From Candidatus Omnitrophota bacterium (GTDB lineage Bacteria > Omnitrophota > Gorgyraeia > Gygaellales > Profunditerraquicolaceae): a stretch of 64,000 nt of DNA. The stretch is from the NCBI GenBank assembly GCA_041661605.1, contig JBAZUE010000001.1, positions 786-64,785 of the forward strand. Reading direction: 5' to 3'. The notes beneath the pieces were generated by a model. That model was not told the origin of the DNA. It ran no database searches and was given only the letters and a program-made list of their open reading frames with translations. The translations under genes were made by a program, and so were the position numbers. Shown here piece by piece: positions 1-11,500 of this stretch (position 1 is the stretch's first letter; every line of letters begins with the position of its first letter).

Positions 1-2
1 TT

Positions 3-3000
3 GATACGGATTATACTTTAACCGGGGTAGGCGCTAATGATGTTTCCGGAAATGCCGGCTCAACCGTTGCGGTAAGCAGTAATAAATTGATAGTTACCCT
101 GGGCACGGCAGTACCTGCCGCAGGGCAAGTTGGTTTAGTTATCAATAATATAAAGAATCCTGCTGTTCAGACTACGGATGCCTATTCTATTTTGACTAAA
201 AATTCAGGCGGCAATCAACTTGACCAGGGCAGTGTTTCAGGTAAAGCGATAACAGCAGGGGCCTTAACCGGGCTTTCTGTAAGTGCCGCTACTTATGAAA
301 TAGGGGAGAGTACAAGTTATACGGTCAATCTTACGCTGGCGCATGATATACCGATAAACGGTTATATAAAAATAGGCTTTGATAATAATTATTCTTTGAC
401 CAATGCAACGGTAGCAACCAGCGGCTATGCCTTAACCGAGACCGGAAGTAATTATCTTTTGCTTAGGACAGGTTCTGCTCGAACAGGGGCAATCTCCATA
501 CAACTTAACACCATTGTTAACCCTGTATTCGTATCTAATACACTGACCGGTTTTGCCGTCCAGACACAGCTGGCCAATAACCAGATAATCGATACAGGCA
601 CTGCCGCCGCAGTTACTACTACGGCAGGCGCTTTCTCGGCTGTAACAGTTACCCCAGCGTCTTTAGGGGTAAGCACTCTTACGAATTATACATTCCACTT
701 TACCACAGACCACGCAGTATCAGCCGGCGACAAGGTGATTATCACACTTGATTCTGACTGCAGTTTAGTGGAGGTTCAGGAGGTAGATGTTTCCGGTAAC
801 GAAGGTTCATATGTTTTAACTTCTGCTAATGTGCTTACTGTAATCTTAGGCCAGGATATCGCTAAAAATACACCGGTATCTCTGGTCATCTCTAACATCA
901 GGAACCCGGCATATGTGCAGACAACAGCTGATTTTGCCTTAGCCACCAGGAATGCTGCCAATGCCTTAATTGACCAGGGGACAGCTGCCGGGGTTCTAAT
1001 AACAGCAGGCACTTTGACCAGCGTATCGGGGGTCCCGGTAAACTATGCCGCCGGAGCTACGACTCAATATACGTTTGATTTTATGCCCGCGCATGATGTG
1101 GCAGCAGGCGGGTATTTAAGGATAGAGTTTAACTCCGAATATAATTTAAGCGGCGCCTATGTTATCAGCCCGTCATCTACATACAGTATATCCAGCAAAA
1201 CCGGCAATGTTATCGTGCTTAATGTGCTCCAGGAGATATTGGCAAATAGCTCTCAAAGCATAAATATCGGCGGCATAATCAACCCCGGACGCGAAAAGAC
1301 AGCGATTAAATTTACATTAACTACGCGCACTTCCGCCGGAGCCGATATCGATACTGCCCAGTCAGCTGCCATAAATATAACCACAGGTTTGTTAACCTCA
1401 GGTTCTGTTACTGCCAGCACTTATACAACTTATGATTTAGCTTCATATACATTCAGCTTTACTACTGCTAACGCTTTGAATGTTGGCAGTAAGGTGGAAA
1501 TAACTTTTGATGCCGATTATAACGTATCCGGGGCAGTCTTTACTTTTGGAAATAACGGCTCTACGCTCTCTGTGGCAGGCCGCGTGGTCATTATTACCTT
1601 AGGCACAGCGATAGCCAAGCTGGAAAGCGTAAGTTTAGCCATATCTGAAGTCAGGAACCCCGGTGTCCAATCCACAGATAGTTATTCTATAGTTACCAAA
1701 GACGCTACGGATGTAAGGGTGGATACCGGCACGATTGCAGGTAAAGTAATTACCGGCGGCAGCATGAGCGCTACTTCCGTAGTTGCCGGTTCAACACAGC
1801 CCAGCGTAAATACAAGTTATACATTCGGCTTTACTCCTGACCATGTAATCCCCGCTAATGGTTATGTTAAAATAACCTTTGATACAGACTATGTTTTAGA
1901 TTTTGCTTCAGTTCAGACAGCGGGTTATGCCCCCAATGTCGGGCCTGGTTATATACTCTTAACTAATACAACCGGAGGAGATTTAAGCGGCGCCCGAAGC
2001 ATAGCCTTGCTTAATGTCAAGAATCCTCCTTCTGTTGAAGAGCCGACAGGTAATTTCTATCTTACAACAATGACCCAGAATCAGGATACCATAGATACCA
2101 AGAGCATTACCGGCATAACTATGACGCCGAGCCCGATAACTGTTGCGTCTATTTCAGCTGTTTCAACGAAGATATCCGCGCTTACTTCATATACCGTAAG
2201 AATAACGCCGATTCATACTATCCCTATAGGAGGCAAGGTTCTGGTTACTTTTGACAGCGATTATATTTTAGCCAACATCGGACCTGATGATGTGTTGGGC
2301 AATGGCGCTGTTGCTTCCGTAAGCGGCAGCGTCTTGACAGTTACTTTAGGCGAGGTGGCTCCTCAAGGAAACGTGCTTACCTTGATAATTTCAAATGTTC
2401 AGAATCCGCCTTATGTACAGGCAGCAGACGCGTTTTTGGTAATGACTAAAGATTCCTCAGGGGGCAAGTTAGATACCTGCAGTATAAATGGACTCTCAAT
2501 AACCGAAGGCCAGTTGTCCGCTTTATCGGCAACGCCTGTAGATACTACTTTGGATGCGGTTACGAATTATCTATTCCAGTTTACTCCGGAACATACCATA
2601 CCTTTAAATGGCTATGTAAGGATAGGTTTTGATACTGATTTTGATTTAAGCGGCGCCTATTGCGGAGACAGTACTTATTCCGTTGTTTCATTAGGCAGCG
2701 GCTATATCTTACTTAAGGCTTTAGCCGAGAAATCAGCCAGCCAAAGTTTCCAGATACTTAATATAAAGAACCCTCCATATGTACAGACAACGGATGCCTT
2801 CTCCATTACTACGCAGAATTCCGCTCAGAAGAATATAGATATAGGTAATGCCGCCGGCATTACCACTACGGCAGGTTTATTGACCGCTCGCTCAGTCAGC
2901 CAGGTTTCTACGCAGGCTGGGGCTTCCACAAGCTATACCTTTGGTTTTACTACGGTTCACGCTATTGCTTCCGGAGGAAAAATTGAGATAACCTTTGACC

Positions 3001-6000
3001 CGGATTACGTCCTTAGCTCTGTTACCGCTTTTGATGTATCCGGAATCGCAAATTCAACCGTAGCTGTAAGCAACAATAAACTTATAGTGACCACGGGCGC
3101 TTCGGTTTCGGCAGGGGGGCAAGTTTCATTAACTATTAATCATATAAAGAACCCGGCGTATGTGCAGGCAACAAGCGCCTTTACGATAGATACCAAGAAC
3201 GCTTCAGGCGGTATATTGGATAATGGCGCAATAGCCGGTATTAATATTACAGCAGGGGCTTTGTCGGCTGTTTCAGCTACGCCGGCCTCTACCGAAGTAG
3301 CCAAGAGCACGGATTATACATTCGCATTCACCGGAGAACATAACCTGCCCGCAGGAGGTTATGTGCAAGTACAGTTTGATCCAGCTTATAATTTAAGTGA
3401 AGCTATAGTTTTGACATCAGGTTATTCTTTGGTAACCAGGGCCAGTAATTACCTTAGACTTCAGACTTCCGAAGAAAGATCAGGTTCTGCCAGCATAGCT
3501 TTAAGAAATATAGTTAATCCTTCTTACGCGTTAACTACTTCAAGCTTTACCATAATCACGCAGACATCCGCCGGCGATACAATTGATATGGGTACTTGTA
3601 ACGGTATCACGATTACTGCCGCATCTTTAATAAGCGCATCCGCCAGCGCAGCGGTAAGCGAAGTAAGCAGCCAGAGCGATTATACTTTTATCATTACTCC
3701 TCAGCATAACGTACCCATAAACGGCAAGATCAGGATAACTTTTGATAATGATTATAATGTCAGTGAAGTACTGGCAGGCGATGTTGCCTGTAACGGCGGA
3801 AGCGCTACAGTTGCGGTAAGCGCCAAGACTTTGATTATAACATTAGGCTATGAACTGGTAAGCGGCACAGAAGAAAACATAGTTATTTCCAGAATCAAGA
3901 ATCCCTCTTTTGCGCAGACCACAGCCAACTTTGCCATACAGACCAGAGACGACCAGGATAGGATAATTAACCAGGGCAGCGCTTCCGGCATAGTGATAAC
4001 CGCAGGCCCTCTGACCGCGGTATCGGTCAGCGCCGATTCTCTCGTGGCAGGATATACGACAAACTACACGTTTAATTTTACACCCACTCACGCTATTAAC
4101 GTGGGAGGATATGTTGTAATAGATTTTGACTCTACTTATAATGCCGGAGCTGGTTACGTAGTCAGCCCGCTTGATACATTTAGTTTGTTGTCCAGGTCAG
4201 CTAACCGCATAACCCTTAACGTATTAAAGGCTTTATCAGCCGGCATAGAGCAAAGCGTGATTATAGGCTCTATTGTTAACCCCGGTTCCGTAAAACAGGT
4301 TACCTTTACTATTACTACCCAGAATACTACCCAGAATCCCGTCGATACAGCGGTTTCTCCTGCCATAAGCACGCTGGCAGCGCCAATGACAGCTGTCTCT
4401 GTAAGCACGGCCAGCACTGTTGCCTTGAATGTTACCTCATACACTTTTGGGTTTACTACTGTTAACTCAATAGGTTTAGGCGGCAAGATCGAGATAACCT
4501 TTGATCCGGAATATGACCTGACCCAGGCCGCATATACTTCAGGCTTAGTAGCCGGCTCAACACCGTTAGCGGCAACCCTGGAATTAAGCGGCAGTAAGCT
4601 GATATTAACCTCAAATACTGTAATCGGTACGCAAACGAGCGTTTCAATATCCTTATCCAATATTAAAAACCCTGGAGTCCAGACTGTAGATGGCTTTGCC
4701 CTTCTTACCAGAGACTCAACAAATAGAGAGCTTGATCAAGGAACGGCAACAGGAGTTACTATAATCGCCGGTTCCCTGACAGGCCTGTCGGTAACAGCAG
4801 GTTCAACCGAGATAAGCAAAAATTCAACCTATAGTTTTGGCTTTACGGTAGCCCACACTGTGCCGGTTAATGGTTATGTAAAACTGGCATTTGACAGCGA
4901 CTATTCATTTGTGAACGCCAATATTTTAAGCGAAGGTTATGTAATATCCGATAAACAGAGTAATTTTATCCTGCTTAAGAGGACCGCTCAACTTATAGGT
5001 TCAAATACTTTACAGTTGGGCAATATAGTAAATCCGTCATATGTCCAGGCAGCAGATCCTTTTGTCATCACAACCCAGCTTGCCGATAATAAAGTGATCG
5101 ATACCGGCACTACTCAAAGCATCAATATCACTCCCGGAGTCCTGACATTGACATCCGCAACTGCCAATGATGCCTTGATAAGCGCAACTACCACTTACAA
5201 TTTCAGCTTTAAGACTTCGCATGCCATAGAAGCAGAAGGCAAGATAATAATCACATTTGATTCGGATTATGATTTGAGTCTGGTATCTGTGGGGTCGCAG
5301 GATATTTCCGGCAGCGGCACTCCTGCCATTGAATTAGTAAATGGGAACAAAATAGATATAGTTCTTGCTACGGAGGTAGCGGCTTCTTCTACAGTTTCTT
5401 TGACCATATCCAATATAAAGAACCCCGCTTATGTGCAGACAACTTCTGCTTTCGTATTGCAGACCAAGACCGCTTTAGGAGCAATTACAGATGAGGGTGC
5501 GGCCGCGGGCCTGACAACTACAGCCGGAGCATTAAGCGGCATTACCGTCATATCGGGCAGTTCAATAGCAGGTGCCAGGACAGATTATACTTTTACTTTT
5601 ACCCCCGCCCATAACGTGGAGATAAACGGTTATTTAAGAGTTGATTTAAATGCGTTATACGACGCCAATATCTCTTATGTAATGGCTCCGACAAGCGCGA
5701 CATTTGAAATATCCGAGAAGGCGGCTAATTATGTTGTGGTAAAGGCAAAATCCGCCTTGGCAGCCGGCACGGGGTATACGCTCAGGCTGGGCAGTATTGA
5801 TAACCCCGGCCGTTCAATGGATGTGAATTTTACTTTGACCACCAAGACCGCAGGTAACGCTACGATAGACACCGGCATAAGCTCAAGCCTGCATATATCA
5901 CCGGCACCTATGCAGTCAGCATCTATTTCAGCAAGCAATTTAATCGCTACCCAGACAGCTACTTATACTGTGAGTTTTGTCCCGATTAATACTATAGAGG

Positions 6001-8540
6001 CAGGCGGCAGGGTTGAGATTACATTTGATGCCGACTATGTGCTTACTGGAGTCACCAGTGTTACAGGTTATGACGCCAGCGTAACAGTAGCCGGTAATAT
6101 CCTGGTAATTACTTTAAACACGCAATTACAGGTAGGAGAAGCCTGTTCTTTCGTAATTCCGAATATTAAAAACCCGGGTGCGCAGAGTACAGACGCTTAT
6201 TCCCTGGTAACCAAGGATTCTACGGGTACTTCTTTAGATGAAGGCACGATAGCCGGTAAAGTCATCCTTGCCGGAGCATTAAGCGGGCTTTCCACCTCGG
6301 CTACGTCGTATGAAGTAATGGGCACAAGCGAGACTGCGACATATACCTTTAATTTTACCTGCCAGCATACTATTCCTGTTAACGGATATGTCAGGATAGG
6401 TTTTGACGCGGATTATTTCCTGGATAACGCGGTTAACCAGAGCCCGCAATATTTAATATCTTCTAAGGGAGCGGATTATTTATTAATCAGGACTACCCAG
6501 GAGCGCAGCGGAAATTGCACTATACAGATAAGCGGCATAAGGAACCCGGGCTATGTACAGACAACCGCTAATTTTACAGTAGCCACGCAGCTACCCGCGC
6601 AGCAAAATATTGATACCGGCACCATTGCAGGGATTACCACTACTGCAGGTTCCTTGAGTAACCTTTCAGTAACGACAACTAACTCTAAAATCGCCGAGGC
6701 AGCTACGTATACCTTTGGGTTTACGGCGGACCACGCCATCGCGGTAGGAGGCAAAGTAGCTATAACTTTAGATTCCGATTATAACCTGGCATCGGTCCAG
6801 CCTACCGATGTATCCGGTAATACCGGCTCGACTGTGGCAGTTAACGGAGCAGACCTGGTTATTACTTTGGGTGAACAGGTCTTTGCTTCAGATAATGTAT
6901 CGCTCTCGGTAGCCAATATAATCAACCCGTCATACGTCAAGACCGCGGCTAATTTTAGTATTAAGGCCAAGAATACCGAGGATGGATTAATAGATGAAGG
7001 CAGCGTAGCCGGATTAACTTTTGAGCCGGGAGTTTTAGGCGCCGTAAGTGTCAGCTCGAACAGCCTGCAGGTAAATGCCCAGTCGATTTATACCTTTACC
7101 TTTACACCCGCGCATCCAATTCCTGCCGGCGGATATATTAAAATAGACCTGGATAATGATTTTAATATAGGTTCGGCATATCTATACCTGGTATCAGGTT
7201 ATTCTTTCACTAAGAACCTGACTGATGTTTATTTTACTTTACAACCAAACAGCGCAAAACCGGCAGGGACACCTATAGTAATATCTATAGCCGGCATTGC
7301 CAACCCTCCATATAGCCAGACCACGGATAATTTCGCAATTAACACGCAGGCGGTTAATCAGAATGGTATCGATTCCGGAACAGCTCCCGGAGTTGAGATT
7401 ACCGCAGGAGAGCTTTCAGGGGTAAGTGTTAGCGCCGCCGGAGGAAACTATGTAGCCGGAGCACAGACAAGTTATACTATTGCATTTACCACTATAAATG
7501 CCGTGGGTGTCGGAGGCAAGATTAAGATTACATTTGATTCTGATTACGGGCTCCTGTTAGACGGCACAGTGTTAGGTAATTCCGGCTCAACAGCCGCAGT
7601 AAACGGAAATATTATTACTGTAACTTTAGGAACGGCAATTCCGGCTAATCAAGCTGTCAGCTTAACCATGGGCACTTTCAGGAACCCCGGATACGCGCAG
7701 ACAACGGAAAACTACACCATAAGAACGTATGATTCCTTAAATAACGCCCTGGATTCAGGTACGGCGCCGGGGCGTGATATTACTATAGGCGCTTTGACCG
7801 GTTTAGCCGTAAATGCCAGTTCATTTACCGTGCTTAATGCGGATACGAAATTGACATTTGACCTTAATGCCACACATACGATCCCCCAGGATGGTTATAT
7901 CAAGATTACTTTGGATAGCGATTATATAGTTGTAGCTCCTTATATTAAGAGTTCTACCGGGGCCAACCTGACCTTACTTACAGAAGCAGGCAGCCAGGAT
8001 GGGTATCTTTTGTTTAAGCTAAATTCGGCATTTACAGGGGCAATGAGCGTTGAGGTAGGAGGGCTTACCAACCCTGCTTATGAGCAGACTACAGCGAATT
8101 TTGTGGTTACTACTATGTATACCGGAGAACAGAGTATTGACACAGGTACTATTACGGGTTTGGCTATTACTGCCGGCTCCCTGAATATAAGTTCTGTGAG
8201 CAGCCCGGATGTTTATTCCGGCTCAACTACAGAATATACCATTGATTTCGTAGCAGCACACAATATCCCGATCACAAGTAAGATTGAAATTGTTTTTGAT
8301 AGTGATTATGATTTAAGTACTTCCACATTGAGCAGCCCGGAAGGGAGTTTAACCGTCTCAGGAAATACCTTGAGTATATCTTTAAATGCCGGAGTTACGA
8401 CCTCTGCTAATGTAAGTCTGAAGATAGCCGGTATTATAAATCCGAAATATTCGCAGACAACGGGTATTTTCAGGGTGACTATAAAGGATTCAGGAAACAA
8501 TGTTGTAGATAAGGGTGAGCATGCAGGAATTGCCATATTG
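3..8540 (+). repeat. Coding tandem array of at least 23 divergent ~125-aa beta-rich modules, organised as ~500-aa four-module super-repeats
   Basis: Each module carries TxYTFxFTxxHxIPxxGxIxIxFDxDY, then (I/L)xN(I/V)xNPxYxQTTxxFxIxT, then IDxGT. I counted 23 NP anchors. The A-type anchors fall at nt 156, 1656, 3150, 4668, 6171 and 7683. Confidence 0.85.
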
Positions 8541-11500
8541 CCCACGCAAATACAGTTTGTGACGCCTGCGGCAGGATATGCTTATTCAGTCGGAGATACT
8601 AAGGTTGTTAAATGGCAGGTTACAGGAGGGGATATCTCCAGGACTAGCAGTCACTGGCTGGCTCAATTCTCTACAACCGTTGATTTCAATTCGGTTATAA
8701 ACGTCCATGAAGGCCTGGCGCAGAAAGATGCAGGGGGTAACCTGTATTTTGAATTATCGGTAGATTCAAGCATGCTTTCAGAGGCTGCTTATATCAGGGT
8801 CTCTTGCACGGATGCGTTATATACCGATGTTACCACAACTTCCGGGCAGTTTAGCGTAAGGCCTGCCGGAGGGTTCATCGGTTTTGCTTCGCCTATCGCA
8901 GCTGTTAAATGGGCTGTCGGCAGCGATAATATAATAGAGTGGTCTACGCAGGGAGCCCTTTCCAATAACTTTAAGATTGAATATCTTTCCAAGGGCACCT
9001 GGACAACTATTTTTGAGCAAGGCATCAGCCCCGGATCAATTACTAAAACTGCAGGCGCTCACTGGTATGAAGATAAATGGTCTTATACCTGGACAGTAGA
9101 GCCGGCGGCAAACCTTCCTGATTCCGGAGTAGTAATAAAAGTTACTAATCTCGATAATAATACAATTACCGGGGTTACAGATGCTTTTGAAATAGCAAAT
9201 GCCTATATTAAAATAACCAGCCCGCTCATCGGAGTTACCTGGGTAAGGACAGAAACCAATAATATTACCTGGGAAGGCCAGGGTGAATCAGGTACCAGGT
9301 TTAGAATAGCATATTCGGATGATGCCGGGGTTACGACTACTGAGATTTTTAACGGTCAGGTAGACAGGACCTTCTCTGAAGGAAAATGGTTATATAGCTA
9401 TCCGTGGGTAGTAGGCGCGCAGCTTGATCAGACCGCAACAGCGGTAATAATAATAACTAATTTGGATAATGACGAGATTGCCGATACATCCGCTTTGTTT
9501 AAAGTCAACGCCAGCGGCATATTGGATATCACAGCTCCGCTGGCCGCAGATAAATGGGTTGTCGGAGCCAAATACCAGATAAAGTGGGATTCCCAAGGTC
9601 AGGCCCTGAGCAATTCATCTTTAAGAATAACTTATACCGCAGACGGTATTCCGGAAACATTGATTACAAATTCTGCGCCTAATAACGGCAGTAAAGATTT
9701 TACTTGTCCTTCTACCGCACTGACCAATGTAAAGATACATTTGTTCCAGGTAGGCGGCGATGTCAGGGCTGATTCCGGTACTTTCAGTATTGTATCGGTG
9801 CCCGCGCTTACCTTTACCTCGCCGGTTGTCAATGATAACTGGATTGCTTCTTTCGGCAAGGAGATAAAATGGAACTGCGTTGGCGACGGAGCAACAAAGA
9901 AATTAGTGATCAAGTATTCACTTGACGGCGGCTCAACCTATCCAAATACAATCTTTGATTATAATGTAGATTCTTATGATGAAAAGATAGCGTCTGTAAT
10001 TACAGGACCGATTACCGCTTATACGCTGGCCTGGACTGTGCCGGTTAGTTACAGCAATAATGTCAAAATCAAGATTGAAGATATGGGGGTAATGCGTTCG
10101 AGTCTGCCTTTAACCTGTATAAGCGGCAAGTTCTCTATTACCGCTCCGATTGCGACTATTTCCCAGCCGGCCGGAGGTGAAGAGTGGATTGCCGGAACAG
10201 AGCATGATATTATCTGGTCGGAGACCGGTATTGTAGGCAAAGACATAAAGATAAGCTATTCTGTCGACGGGGGAACAACCTATCCGTATGTAATCTTCCA
10301 GAATCCCGGGGGAGACAATACCACCTATGTAAACAATATAACCGTCTCCGGCACATCTCTTAGTTATAAATGGACAATACCTAATACTATCGCTTCGACA
10401 TGCCGTGTTAAGATACAAGGCCTGACCAATAACGGAGGAGGCTCTTCGCTTTCTAATTTCGCGATCAAGCTTCCCGTTATAACTATAACTTCTCCCGTTG
10501 CCGCGGATTTATGGTCGGTTTATGATACCGGCAAGTCGATCACCTGGACTAAGACCGGAAACGTAAGCGATAACTTAAAGATAGAATATTTTAAGGATAA
10601 TCTTACATCCAAGGTCATAATAGATGATACTAACAGTACTTTGACATCTTACAGTTGGGATATAACAGAGAGTTTCAGCGATTATGTCTCGGATGCCGGA
10701 TGGATAAAAATTACTGATTTAAATTCTCAGGCTACCTTTGGCCAGGTAGTTTCGGCGGTATCGGCTTCTTTTAAGCTTTCTTTGCCCGGTTTCGATATTG
10801 CCGTGCCTGCAACTCCTTTGATCGTCGGCAATACCTATACAATAACCTGGCAGGGTATTGGCATGTATTCCGAATGCAGCAATGACCCGGCTAACACCAT
10901 ACGCCTTGAGTATGGTATTGGGGATAATCCTGAATGGGTCTTGATAGCAGCTTCTGCGCAGAATGACGGTTCGTATGAGAATTGGACAGTTCCTAATGTG
11001 CATTCCGGAGAGGTAAAGTTCAGGATTACCAATAACAGGTGGTCTTTTATCACGGGGATTTCAGACCCATTCAAGATAATGGGTTCAGTCTCTATTACCA
11101 GTCCTGCTGCCGCAACAAAGCTTTTTGTGGGACAGGATCAGATGATAGAGTGGGATACCAATGGCACGATTAATAAACTAAACCTGTATTATTCAAAGAA
11201 TGGCGGCACTACCTGGAATACCATAGTTTCAAATACCACTAATAACGGTTATTATGTGTGGACAATACCCGATGCCGTGCTTGTTGACCGTTCTCCTAAC
11301 AGCAGCGTATATTTTAAGGTAGAAGATGCCACGGATGCGGCGGTCTATACCAACAGGCAATATACGATAAGCTATTATAAGGTTACCTGGAATGTCATTG
11401 ATGCCGATGGCTTAGTGGGTGATTTAGACGGCTTAAGCGTAAATTCGCTTGATGTAACCAATAATAACACCGTATGGGAAGACAGGACAGGTATGAGTTG

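Noticed and set aside
87-89. TTG at nt 87 as the start codon of the giant ORF (as given in the ORF track)
   Set aside because: The frame has no stop back to nt 3, and the upstream codons continue the repeat consensus. The gene is simply cut by the window edge.
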